This document shows positions 1-9,617 of a DNA stretch of 43,560 bases, piece after piece. This DNA is from Candidatus Poribacteria bacterium (lineage in GTDB: Bacteria; Poribacteria; WGA-4E; UBA9662), in contig JAYZAL010000044.1 of the NCBI GenBank assembly GCA_036339735.1, positions 1-43,560 on the forward strand, written 5' to 3'. The notes beneath the pieces were generated by a model. It did no database searches. It was not told the DNA's origin and saw only the letters and a program-made list of their open reading frames with translations. Positions within the stretch are counted from its first letter, which is position 1. Each line of letters starts with the position of its first letter. The translations under genes and the position numbers were made by a program.

Positions 1-63
1 GAAAATTACCAAAACACCTAAAACTAATCCTAATTTCTTTTCCCGACTACTTAATTCTTTCAT
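1..63 (-). CDS. 5' end (partial, runs off window) of GspM/PilO-like inner-membrane platform protein
   Basis: Not in the ORF track. ATG at 63 reads MKELSSREKKLGLVLGVLVIF and stays open to the window edge. The L-S-x-R-E-K/R plus hydrophobic helix start is typical of GspM/PilO. It overlaps the end of the upstream PilM/GspL-like gene, the expected position in the operon. Confidence 0.7.
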   Translation of the reverse strand, partial: MKELSSREKKLGLVLGVLVIF

Positions 64-2089
64 TATATTCTTGTCGATCTATGTTTGTTTTTAAGGCATC
101 GCTTTCCGGATCATCTTTGTCATAAAGTCTTTTTTTCTTAGTTTTGACTTCAGCCTGTTCCTCTTTGCTCATTCTGTCGTATTCTTCTAGTGAAGGCCAC
201 GTCGTTTCTTCTCGTTTTTCGCCGATTGACCTCTCATTGTTTCCTTTTTTCCCTTCAGTAGACTGTTCCTTTCTGGCTTTAGTCTCTTCTTGTTCCATGT
301 CAAATGATTTGTCTTTCCTGGATTTCTTTGAGTTCGATTCTGATTTAGCTTCCTCGCTTTTATTTTCTCGTTCTGCTTCGTCTCGATTTTTTTCTTCAGT
401 TGACGGACGATTAGTTTTTGAAATTTGTAGCCCTGTACCGAGATACCGGTGTTCAGCTAAAGTTTTGACTGCCCCAACCTTGATCGAGCAAGTTATTTGG
501 ACCTGAAATATATTTTTTCGATCTTTATTTACGCTAATGATTTGTCCCTGCTTTAAATTTTTGAAAATGCCCGATTGGTTCAGTGCAGTAACTAAGTTGC
601 TAATATCCTGATGGGAATTGGCTTCAACATTAAAATTCAGTCGAGCTTTAGTCAAATCATTTAAGTTGGTCAGCTGAAATGTCGTCAAAGCAACCTTGGT
701 CCGATCACTGAGACGGAGGCTAAATTCACGAAGTAAATCCAACGCAGATAATCTAGGTTTCATTAGTTGAGTTACAACCAACTCCTGCTTTAATGTATTT
801 CTAGCTCGATTGGCTTTAGATTTAAGTTTTTGTAACTGTTGATCAAGATCATCCACTTCAGATTGCTGATATTGACCATAGGATAGGACACCGATCGCTA
901 ACAATGCTGCAATACCAGTTCCGACTGCTATTCTATACAACATTCGGCGTTGTTGATCGACCTTCTGAATTTGTTGTTTTTCGGGTTTAGGCAATAAATC
1001 AAGTTCAACTGAGTCGTTCAAAAACGCTAAACCCTGCCCAATTACCACTGCCAACTGGTCGCTAATTTGTAAAAAATCGCTATTGTATTTGACTTGGAGT
1101 ACGTCTAGCCTAGATGGAATGTCCCAAATATGAGTCGAAATCGAAAGTGCCCTGGTTAAATAGCTGGCTAACCCACTTAAACGAGAACTACCACCAGTGA
1201 GTAAAATTTTATCAATACTAACTGGTGGGCTAGACGTATCTTGTTGGTAAGCAATAGTTGATCGTTGTATTTCAGTAGCTAATCGCTGACACCATTTTCC
1301 TATAGTTGTTTCGGACAATTCGTCATGATCAGCTGGACATAATAAATTTCGTTTTTGGTTTTCATATGTATCGAAGTTTTGTATAGGAATTGCGTTATCT
1401 TCGATGGCTTCGGTTACAGGTGAAACCTCGCTACTTAGGGACAAGGTGAGCTGGTCCCCACCCAGTGGAAAGCTTCTGGAAAATATGACTTTTCCATCTT
1501 TTACGATTGACAAGTCACTCTGCCCCGCCCCAATATCAAGAATCATGGTTCCACTGCTACTTTGCTCAGATAACCTAGATGCCGCGACCATAGCTGGCAT
1601 GACTGATTGAGGCGTGACGTTTATTGCTTTTAGTGGTGACAATAAATTCTCTATATCGGCACGTCTGGCAGCAACTAATTCAACTGACAAGGCATTGCCT
1701 TTTTCAGTCGGATTATAATAATCAAAGACCACTTCTTCAGTTGTAAAGGGAAGAATACTTTCAGCTTGAAAAGCAACAATATTATCTAACTTATTAGCAT
1801 CGTTTAGACCATCAATTGGTAAACCATCTATCCAGCGGGTTGTGAGTAAAGCTCGAGAAATCGATAATACTACAGGTGATTTTTTTGGAATTTCAAGTGA
1901 ATTGACTGCGACTTTCATACTATCGGAGGTTACCTGCATTCCTCTACCAAGTAATTTCCTCTCTTCATACTCAACAACCGCACTATGAGAAATAGTAATT
2001 TCACCATTGTCGTGCTTCTGTTCTAAATAGGCTGCTTTGACGCTATGAGTACCAATATCTATAGAAACAATGTGTCGTTTTTTTGCCAT
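47..2089 (-). CDS. PilM-like actin-fold protein fused to TM helix and PilN/GspL-like periplasmic domain (T2SS GspL equivalent)
   Basis: Actin-like ATPase motifs SIDIGTHSVK, LDIGAGQS, GGDQLT and LLTGGSS; DLLP motif, then a TM segment (IAVGTGIAALLAIGVL), coiled coil and PilN-like region; long K/E-rich tail; follows gspK. Confidence 0.8.
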   Translation of the reverse strand: MAKKRHIVSIDIGTHSVKAAYLEQKHDNGEITISHSAVVEYEERKLLGRGMQVTSDSMKVAVNSLEIPKKSPVVLSISRALLTTRWIDGLPIDGLNDANKLDNIVAFQAESILPFTTEEVVFDYYNPTEKGNALSVELVAARRADIENLLSPLKAINVTPQSVMPAMVAASRLSEQSSSGTMILDIGAGQSDLSIVKDGKVIFSRSFPLGGDQLTLSLSSEVSPVTEAIEDNAIPIQNFDTYENQKRNLLCPADHDELSETTIGKWCQRLATEIQRSTIAYQQDTSSPPVSIDKILLTGGSSRLSGLASYLTRALSISTHIWDIPSRLDVLQVKYNSDFLQISDQLAVVIGQGLAFLNDSVELDLLPKPEKQQIQKVDQQRRMLYRIAVGTGIAALLAIGVLSYGQYQQSEVDDLDQQLQKLKSKANRARNTLKQELVVTQLMKPRLSALDLLREFSLRLSDRTKVALTTFQLTNLNDLTKARLNFNVEANSHQDISNLVTALNQSGIFKNLKQGQIISVNKDRKNIFQVQITCSIKVGAVKTLAEHRYLGTGLQISKTNRPSTEEKNRDEAERENKSEEAKSESNSKKSRKDKSFDMEQEETKARKEQSTEGKKGNNERSIGEKREETTWPSLEEYDRMSKEEQAEVKTKKKRLYDKDDPESDALKTNIDRQEYNERIK

Positions 2090-2137
2090 CTTTTATTTGA
2101 CCATCATCATTTTTGGACCATTTTTTTTCATTTTGGT

Positions 2138-3556
2138 TTAGTATTGCCGCCAATAAGTCAATTTGATGTTTTCACCTGTTCGGTCAATAATTGACTCACA
2201 TTTGGATACTATCTTTCCATTACTATCAATACCTGAACCTGTGATCAAAAACCCGTGGGATCGGGAAGTAATACGTCCAGCTAAATCCTTAAAAATATTC
2301 ATGTTAAGCCCTTCAACTTCGAACAGATCAGTAATTTTTTGAAAAGGGTTTCCTGCGACGTTTTCCAAACTGGGGTCGGTATCCTGGGGCGTTGTTTCGC
2401 GTCTGGTAATAATGGATGAAACGATTTCTTCTGTCATGTTGGGCAATAACATCAGTACTTCTGCGGGAGCCGTATTCAGATTAATCAAACCAGATATTGT
2501 GTTTCCTTCGACCACAGTAATATAATCTACGATTTCTCTGAATTCGTCTTCGGTAATTAGCTTGACATCTTTTAAATCATCAATATTATCAAAATTTCCG
2601 TTTTCATCCCGATGATTAATAATACGATCCGCTGTACCTTCTCCAATTCCGTCTAAGTCGGCTAATTTTTCCGTATCAGCTGAATTAATATTGACTTTAT
2701 CTTCATTGTCATCGTTAGTAGAAAGGCGATCTTCAATTTGACTGAAAATATCGTCGGGAACGGCAGAAGCGTCCAGTAAATCGCCGAGACTATCGAAACT
2801 TCTTCCTTCAACTAAGGCCTTGGCTTCATCCTCATCAAAAACAGATGAATTATTCCCTCCTTGGATTTGGCGTATTTGTTCTACATCTGCCTGGTTGATG
2901 TTAGTTCGTTCTTTACCATCAGCTGAGGTGTTTTTATCAGTTGAGTAAACAGTAATATAGTCAATTAACCCATTTAGTTGAGTTTGACCACTGGAATTAA
3001 TCTGTGTTGTTCCTAGGGCATTACCAAACAAAATCTGCTCCGTCATACCCTCAACTCTTCCCAAGTCTCGAATAGTACGGAATGGTCGAGATTCTTCTAT
3101 TTTTTGGGCTAAGGTCTGTACCCCTTCTTCCATATTACTATCTTCTTGGTATCCCGCCGATTGAAGTAATTTATCCAAGGTCTCGGTATCAACGGTGTTG
3201 ATGTTAATTTTCGATCCCTCATCAGTCAAGTTTGCTGAAAAGTTTAATACTTTCCCAACCTGAATCCCATCTTCGACTTGTCCACTGATAGGTTCGGCCC
3301 AAACTTCACCCAATGAATCAAAACTAGTCTGATCAGCACGCAAATAGGCTATAGCTGTCTCAACACCGGATTTGGCAGCATAGTAGTACTTGGTACGGTC
3401 AGTAAAATTAGCTTGTGCCCTTTGTTCTAACCGAATAGAAAACAAAAACTGAGTAGCTAACACCGATAAGATAGCCATAACCCACAAAGCTGAAATCAAG
3501 GATAAGCCTAATTCCGGATTGTCAGAATTAATGTCCTTTCTTTTTTTTCGATCCAT
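2138..3556 (-). CDS. gspK: Type II secretion minor pseudopilin GspK-like protein with multiple helix-hairpin-helix repeats
   Basis: G|LSLISALWVMAILSVLA N-terminus, YYAAKSGVE, DE-x-SKININ motif, C-terminal YWRQY; position after gspJ. Confidence 0.85.
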   Translation of the reverse strand: MDRKKRKDINSDNPELGLSLISALWVMAILSVLATQFLFSIRLEQRAQANFTDRTKYYYAAKSGVETAIAYLRADQTSFDSLGEVWAEPISGQVEDGIQVGKVLNFSANLTDEGSKININTVDTETLDKLLQSAGYQEDSNMEEGVQTLAQKIEESRPFRTIRDLGRVEGMTEQILFGNALGTTQINSSGQTQLNGLIDYITVYSTDKNTSADGKERTNINQADVEQIRQIQGGNNSSVFDEDEAKALVEGRSFDSLGDLLDASAVPDDIFSQIEDRLSTNDDNEDKVNINSADTEKLADLDGIGEGTADRIINHRDENGNFDNIDDLKDVKLITEDEFREIVDYITVVEGNTISGLINLNTAPAEVLMLLPNMTEEIVSSIITRRETTPQDTDPSLENVAGNPFQKITDLFEVEGLNMNIFKDLAGRITSRSHGFLITGSGIDSNGKIVSKCESIIDRTGENIKLTYWRQY

Positions 3557-3572
3557 TAGTCACATTGTGCCG

Positions 3573-4511
3573 TTAACCACCTGTTTCTCTAGAAAAGTTG
3601 GCACTCATTACTAAATAAACCAGTGTGGATTGAGTGACAGTACCACTGCTGCTCGATACTGCGTTATCGGACAAAGCAGAACTGACAGAGTTTGTTTCTT
3701 CTTGATTGTAGGTTGCGTCTTCCGAAACGGAAACTAAAACCTGTACGGCTAATGGAATCAGTTCTGGGTCTTCCCATGATTCGTACCATTCCTCACCGTC
3801 AAAATATTTTAAATCAAACGAAGATACTTGTGTTGCTATGGCGGTCACTACCGCCTCGATTGGGTTTCCTTCCTCGTCGGTGTCTGGTAGTTCACCTGTT
3901 TCTAACAAAGGTGTAACGATTACTTCTGGATCCAGCTCAGTGGTAGCAATTCTTAACAAGGAAACTTCGGTTGTTTCTTCTTCTGATCGATTGGTTTGCA
4001 ACTGACCAGATAGCGATGATGGGTCCCACATTGATTCCAACGGTTCAGGTTCTGGTCCAATCATGTAAATAATGCGCTGAACATCCGTCGTTGTTGCGTT
4101 TGACAATTCATCTGTTTCGCTACTGGTTTCAATACCACCAATCCTATTCAGTTGTTGAACAATAGGATCAGGAGTAGTTTTGACCAAGGTGACGAAACTG
4201 ATGATATCTTGTTGCATAATTCCACTATCATCGGATTCTGTATCTTGACTAACTAATAATAGGTTAGTATCGCCCTCGACTGCTTGCAGATTCACCAAAT
4301 CAGTTGTAACTTGATTTAAACTGGCTCGGCATTTTTGCATTAGTGATATTCTGACCTCAGAGTTATTGTAGGTACGAGTTGCCATTCGAAAAGTAGAGTA
4401 TGTGACACCTGCAAAAATAGACAAAATAGAGATTGAAACTAGCAACTCGATTAAAGAAAAACCGTCAATATTTGTACTACTGAATTGTTCCCTGTTTTTC
4501 AGCTTATCCAT
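3573..4511 (-). CDS. gspJ: Minor pseudopilin GspJ-like
   Basis: Prepilin motif G|FSLIELLVSISILSIF; C-terminal LKYFDGEEW..W...PLAVQV typical of GspJ; operon order. Confidence 0.75.
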   Translation of the reverse strand: MDKLKNREQFSSTNIDGFSLIELLVSISILSIFAGVTYSTFRMATRTYNNSEVRISLMQKCRASLNQVTTDLVNLQAVEGDTNLLLVSQDTESDDSGIMQQDIISFVTLVKTTPDPIVQQLNRIGGIETSSETDELSNATTTDVQRIIYMIGPEPEPLESMWDPSSLSGQLQTNRSEEETTEVSLLRIATTELDPEVIVTPLLETGELPDTDEEGNPIEAVVTAIATQVSSFDLKYFDGEEWYESWEDPELIPLAVQVLVSVSEDATYNQEETNSVSSALSDNAVSSSSGTVTQSTLVYLVMSANFSRETGG

Positions 4512-4968
4512 TGCTATTTTCTGGGTTTCCTTGGTTTTGTTGCTGTTGGATTTGTCGATCGGATACCAATGCTTGCAAAGACATGGACTTCTCCTTCTGA
4601 CGATATTGCCAAAAAACCGAAACTGTTATTCGCCGCAGACCTTCTAGTTCTTCTGACTCAATATCAGAGACGGTAATGGACCAAGTATACTGGTCGTTTC
4701 CATCAAATTCTCCTTCCTCAGTTCGTACCTCAGGGAAGCCTTCTGCTTCAACCTCCCCCATTTTGTATTTAAGTAGATACAGTGCGGTGGTTCTATTTTC
4801 AGCCAGTGCCTGCCCTCTGGCTCCTGAAGTAAAAGCATTCAATAGAGGAGGCAAGGACAACCCCAATATAGCGATAGTAACTACGATTTCAACTAGCGTA
4901 AATCCTCTCTCTTCAGATTCGGCTAACCGACCCGATTTAAGAACTATTTCTCTCCAGCATTTCGGCAC
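4504..4968 (-). CDS. gspI: Minor pseudopilin GspI-like
   Basis: RG|FTLVEIVVTIAILG prepilin motif; short size; EGEF..Y.W..LRRITVSVFW pattern; operon order. Confidence 0.75.
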   Translation of the reverse strand: MPKCWREIVLKSGRLAESEERGFTLVEIVVTIAILGLSLPPLLNAFTSGARGQALAENRTTALYLLKYKMGEVEAEGFPEVRTEEGEFDGNDQYTWSITVSDIESEELEGLRRITVSVFWQYRQKEKSMSLQALVSDRQIQQQQNQGNPENSNG

Positions 4969-5695
4969 TGATCCGTTCCAATTTTATACGAGCAGTAGCA
5001 TGCTCAATTTGAATTAGTATGGTTGGTTTTTGTTCTTCGCTTACGGCACCGACAGTTGAATTTTGGCTTTGAAGGACAATTTCAGCTTGTGAGGCCGTAC
5101 CGTTCGGTGAAAAATAGATGTAACCTTGTCCTGTTTGGAGGTTACTAGATTCGATTTGTGTGATATTATGTTTAATATCCAGACTTGAAAATTGAACTGA
5201 GTCATTCAACTGTTGTGGTTGACCGATTAGTATTCCAGCCCGTGTGGCTGTCGGCTGACTAGTATTTAAAACTGACTCTGTCTGCAAAGTAGCTACTTGT
5301 TGACTAACTTGGCTAGGCTCCACCAGCGACATATTTTGCCCCGTATTGGCGCTAAACTGTTGATTCAAAGTTTCTACATCGGCTAGCCAGTAACGATTCT
5401 GATCCATATCTAAAACTACGAAAAAACCAGATTGTTCGGTAATCGCCATGTTACGAGCAAAGTAGCACAAATCCCGTATTCCCTTTGCTGAGGCTTTTAA
5501 CCGACGGGAAGCAGCCACACCTTTGAATGAAGGCATAGCAACTGAAGATAGAACCGCAATGATAGTTAATACAATCATCACTTCTATTAAAGTGAATCCT
5601 GCAGATAACTGCCTATCAGATTTAACCTTCGTCTTCAACCCAATTAGTAACATCTGCGTCGTAAGAATCTCCACCCTCTTTCCCATCTTTTCCAT
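4937..5695 (-). CDS. gspH: Minor pseudopilin GspH/FimT-like (true start probably downstream of 5695)
   Basis: AG|FTLIEVMIVLTIIAVLSSVAMP; ARNMAI helix and IYFSPNG motif of GspH/FimT. The longest ORF overlaps gspG by 74 nt, so a later start is likely. Confidence 0.75.
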   Translation of the reverse strand: MEKMGKRVEILTTQMLLIGLKTKVKSDRQLSAGFTLIEVMIVLTIIAVLSSVAMPSFKGVAASRRLKASAKGIRDLCYFARNMAITEQSGFFVVLDMDQNRYWLADVETLNQQFSANTGQNMSLVEPSQVSQQVATLQTESVLNTSQPTATRAGILIGQPQQLNDSVQFSSLDIKHNITQIESSNLQTGQGYIYFSPNGTASQAEIVLQSQNSTVGAVSEEQKPTILIQIEHATARIKLERISAEMLERNSS

Positions 5696-6089
5696 AAGAG
5701 CTTAGATCATAATCGTATCCATAATGATTGCCGGGTGATAAGTAGACGTAAGGGTTTCCCCAAGGATCATTGAAGGTAGCATCCGAGACATATGGCCCAC
5801 TCCAATTCTCGACGGAGTCTGCCGTCCGCCAGAGAGATTCTAAACCTTCCTCAGTTGAAGGATAATTACCTACGTCAATTGCATAGTTTTCCAGTGCAGT
5901 CGAAAAGCTTTTAATTTCCAGTTTGGCTTTAGAAACTTTTGCTTTATCAACATTCCCAATAACTCTAGGACCTATTACACTTGCTAACAAACCAATGATT
6001 ACGATTACAATCGTAATTTCAATTAGTGTTACACCTGATTGATTATCATCTTCTGGTGCGACGATTTTATGCCATATTTTTTCTAGCAT
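5622..6089 (-). CDS. gspG: Major pseudopilin GspG
   Basis: G|VTLIE..IIGLLASVIGP, ALENY..DVGNYPSTEEGL..L, WSGPY, DPWGNPYVY..PG, YDLSSYGKDG..GG...DVTNW: a complete T2SSG domain signature. Confidence 0.95.
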   Translation of the reverse strand: MLEKIWHKIVAPEDDNQSGVTLIEITIVIVIIGLLASVIGPRVIGNVDKAKVSKAKLEIKSFSTALENYAIDVGNYPSTEEGLESLWRTADSVENWSGPYVSDATFNDPWGNPYVYLSPGNHYGYDYDLSSYGKDGKEGGDSYDADVTNWVEDEG

Positions 6090-6139
6090 GCTTAATTTTT
6101 TCTCCTTAAAATTATCGCTTAGTAATAGGAACCGAGGGA

Positions 6140-7426
6140 TTATCCACCAATCATCGAACTCGCTTCGAATATTGGCAAAATCATTGCTACTGCAATAAAA
6201 CCAATGACTAACCCCATAACCAAAATCACTAGTGGTCCTAACGAGCCCGTAACACGTTCTAGCGTTTTTCTGACTTCGACATCGTAATAATCAGACAGTT
6301 TCCCTAGCATCTGCTCTGGTGAACCTGATTCTTCACCAATGGAGATCATATGTACAACCATATCTGGAAATACACCACTACCATTCAACTCGTAAGCTAG
6401 TGTTGAGCCACCCTCAATTTGTTCGCTCGCTTTGGTTAGTGCATCACTGTAAATTCGGTTGCCGACAGTATCCTTAGCTACGTTCAGCGCAGGTACTAGA
6501 ACTACCCCATTTTCTAAAAGTGTGGCCATTGTTCTAGTGAAACGGACAATAGCAAAATTACTGAATACTTTACCAAAAATCGGCAACCTCAGCTTTAAGC
6601 GGTCAAAAAACAATTCACCATCTGTAGTTTTGGCAAATTGACGCCCTAACAGTATAGAAATGATTCCACCTCCAAGTACAGCCCACCAATAGGAACTGGT
6701 AAAATCGGCAATCGAAATAAGTACTTGTGTCGCTCCGGGTAGGGAATTACCACCCATAGTTTCGAACATCGCAGTAAATTTTGGCACAACAAATACCATC
6801 AGTACCGCGATGGCAGAAACACTCATAGCCATCAGAATCAGTGGATAAAATAAGGCTGATATGACCTCATTGGTCAAGTTACGCTGTCGCTCAGCAAACT
6901 CTGCTAAGCGAGACATAACTTCACCTAGAACTCCACTGGCTTCACCTGCTCGAATCATACTTACGTATAAATCTGAGAATTGTCTAGGGTGTTGCGAAAG
7001 CGCATCAGCCAATGTAGAACCATGCTCTACATCATACTTGATTTGTTCGATGATACGCTGTAGTTGTGGGTTATTAATCTGCGATAGAGTAATATCTAGT
7101 GAACGAACTAGCGGAATATGCGAATTAACCAAGGTCGCCATTTGATAAGTGAAAAATTCGACTTCTGCAGGCTTAACTTTTTGCACAGTTAGCTGTGCTA
7201 ATTGGGATCCCAATGTACTAACAGTAATTGAAGTCTTACTGTCAATGGAACTTGAGGGCGCAGTCTTTTCGGAGCCGTCAGGTGATACCTCAGATTGCTC
7301 AATCATAGTTGGCCAGTATCCTCTAACTTTTAATTTCGCAACTAGGTCAGCTCTCGAATCGGCCTCTTCCGTGTTGGTAATGCTGGTTCCAGTGTTGGTT
7401 ACAGCTTCATATCGAAATCGTGGCAT
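6140..7426 (-). CDS. gspF: T2SS/T4P inner-membrane platform protein GspF/PilC
   Basis: MPRFRYEA start, FTYQMATLV, MIRAGEASG, ALFYP, FVVPKF, GEESG, AMILPIF. Confidence 0.95.
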   Translation of the reverse strand: MPRFRYEAVTNTGTSITNTEEADSRADLVAKLKVRGYWPTMIEQSEVSPDGSEKTAPSSSIDSKTSITVSTLGSQLAQLTVQKVKPAEVEFFTYQMATLVNSHIPLVRSLDITLSQINNPQLQRIIEQIKYDVEHGSTLADALSQHPRQFSDLYVSMIRAGEASGVLGEVMSRLAEFAERQRNLTNEVISALFYPLILMAMSVSAIAVLMVFVVPKFTAMFETMGGNSLPGATQVLISIADFTSSYWWAVLGGGIISILLGRQFAKTTDGELFFDRLKLRLPIFGKVFSNFAIVRFTRTMATLLENGVVLVPALNVAKDTVGNRIYSDALTKASEQIEGGSTLAYELNGSGVFPDMVVHMISIGEESGSPEQMLGKLSDYYDVEVRKTLERVTGSLGPLVILVMGLVIGFIAVAMILPIFEASSMIGG

Positions 7427-7435
7427 TACGTTATT

Positions 7436-9073
7436 TTAGGCGGTCGCTCGACTTTGAGTCGGCATTTTGGATACAGAAACTAACACTTCGTCTTCTGGTG
7501 TTAGGCGAGTGATTTCGTCAACGGTTGTCAAGCCGTCGACAATTTTACGCCAACCATCTTGGCGCAAGCTGAACATTCCTTGATCCAAGGCCAAGCGGCG
7601 AAGCTGACTACCAGAAGGGTTGGTCAGTGTTAAATCCCGGACTTCTTCACTAATCGGTAGCACTTCAAATAAACCTAGTCGACCGCTATACCCTCGATCA
7701 CGACACTCTCGACAGCCAATGGCTCTCGGTATTCTGAAATCATCCATATCTAGATATCGTTGACGTTCAGCTTGGGAACGAACCATTCGATGAATCTCAC
7801 GCTCGGTTGGTTTATAGTACTCACAACAAGAAGTGCAGACACGCCTCGCTAATCGTTGAGCGATTATACCCTCTAGTGTTGAAGCAACCAAATAAGGCTC
7901 GACATCCATATTAATTAAACGTGTAATAGCTGATGGAGCATCATTAGTATGAAGTGTACTAAAAACCAAATGGCCAGTCAGGGACGCATGAATAGCCATC
8001 TCTGCTGTCTCAAGATCTCGAATTTCACCAACCAGTACGGTGTCGGGATCCTGCCGTAAAATGGAGCGCAAACCTGCGGCAAAAGTAACACCGATTTCAG
8101 GGTTGACGGGGATTTGGTTAATGCCTTCTAGTTCGTATTCCACCGGATCTTCGACGGTGATGATTTTGACACTTGGTTGGTTGATTTGCTCCAGACAAGC
8201 GTAGAGAGTTGTTGTTTTCCCATGACCTGTTGGTCCTGTCGCTAAAACAATTCCGTATGGTTTTTGCAAGAATTGTTGAAATAGCTCAAGATTATCTTCC
8301 ATCAATCCCAGTTCCTCTAATCCATAGGAAATCGACTGCTTATCAAGAATCCGCAAAACCACACTCTCGCCGTGAACTGTGGGAACCGTCGAAACTCGCA
8401 GATCAATTTGACGATTTCCTAAACTACGGATTCGTAACGCGATTTTCCCATCTTGTGGTCTTCTTCGTTCGGCAACATTCATATTAGCCATAATTTTAAT
8501 CACCGATGTAATAGCCCACTGTAATCGCGCTGGAGGTGCTGGCTGTTCTTCCAAAATTCCATCAATTCTGTAACGAATTTTGACTTCGCCTGCAAATGGT
8601 TCAATATGAATATCACTAGCACCAACACGAACGGCGTCAATAATAGTTTGTTCGACTGCGTGAACGACTGTCGGATCCTGAGCTAAGTCTTGCTCATTGA
8701 TACCAAAGTCATCGATTGTTTCTCGCTCTATAGTCGAGACCGCACCTACTGGTCCTTGAATGCTTTCATTGAGAATTGCACTTGCCGTTTTGCCATAAAA
8801 AAGAACAATCATATCCTCAATTTCTGAATCTTCAGCTTGAACGGGCTGAATCTCATAACCAGAGATCAACCTCATTTCATCTACCAGTACAACATTGAGT
8901 GGATCAATCATTGCGACCGTTAGAACACCATCTATTAAGCTAATGGGAAAGACTTTATTGTCGTAGGCAAAACTCGCTGGGATTTTTTGAATGACTTCTT
9001 CTTCTGGTGTTATATCTTCTAGAGAAACCTGTTCCGGATTATTTAGGTGATCGAGATAATCTAACGATTGCAA
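7436..9073 (-). CDS. gspE: T2SS/T4P assembly ATPase GspE/PilB
   Basis: ASDIHIEP, AERRRPQDG, Walker A GPTGHGKTTT, TVEDPVEY, LRQDPD.VLVGEIRD, TGHLVFSTLHTN, tetracysteine CTSC/CREC; TTG start with GGAGG RBS. Confidence 0.95.
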   Translation of the reverse strand: MQSLDYLDHLNNPEQVSLEDITPEEEVIQKIPASFAYDNKVFPISLIDGVLTVAMIDPLNVVLVDEMRLISGYEIQPVQAEDSEIEDMIVLFYGKTASAILNESIQGPVGAVSTIERETIDDFGINEQDLAQDPTVVHAVEQTIIDAVRVGASDIHIEPFAGEVKIRYRIDGILEEQPAPPARLQWAITSVIKIMANMNVAERRRPQDGKIALRIRSLGNRQIDLRVSTVPTVHGESVVLRILDKQSISYGLEELGLMEDNLELFQQFLQKPYGIVLATGPTGHGKTTTLYACLEQINQPSVKIITVEDPVEYELEGINQIPVNPEIGVTFAAGLRSILRQDPDTVLVGEIRDLETAEMAIHASLTGHLVFSTLHTNDAPSAITRLINMDVEPYLVASTLEGIIAQRLARRVCTSCCEYYKPTEREIHRMVRSQAERQRYLDMDDFRIPRAIGCRECRDRGYSGRLGLFEVLPISEEVRDLTLTNPSGSQLRRLALDQGMFSLRQDGWRKIVDGLTTVDEITRLTPEDEVLVSVSKMPTQSRATA

Positions 9074-9077
9074 TTGT

Positions 9078-9084
9078 TTCCTCC
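9078..9084 (-). promoter_or_regulatory. Ribosome binding site of gspE (GGAGG)
   Basis: Minus strand reads GATGGAGGAAACAATTG directly before the TTG start. Confidence 0.7.
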
Positions 9085-9617
9085 ATCAAGAGAGTTCAAC
9101 CAAAAAATTCAGCAAAAGTCTCTTATTAGACTCACTGATATTAATTATGTTCGTACTGAAGCAAAATCACCTATCAAAGCAATTTTCGACCTTTACACGG
9201 GTATCCATTATGGCCAATCAAATCGGCCCGTTTAGACGCCATCTAATAGTCTAGGTTTAGCATTCACAAATCGGTTGTTGATTTTTGTCAGGTATAATTT
9301 TGGTAGCTATGAGATGTTAATTGGTTGACCGTCGTATAGACTTTACAAGCCCTCGAGAATATGTAAATCTTTCTCATAATCGATTTCGAAAATCTAGTAG
9401 TAATATATTTCCAAGTTAGCAAATTGATACGAACGGAAAGTCAAACAAGCCGAAGATCGGTATATGTTTTATCGTTCATGATTGAGTCCTGTCAATGATT
9501 CTGTAATTTTTTATACAGAAAAGACTTTTGAAGTAACAGATTTTTTATCAATTGAATAATTATGACTAGAAAATTTACAAATATCATGCCCGCAAAAATC
9601 AAATTGGATATCATCAG

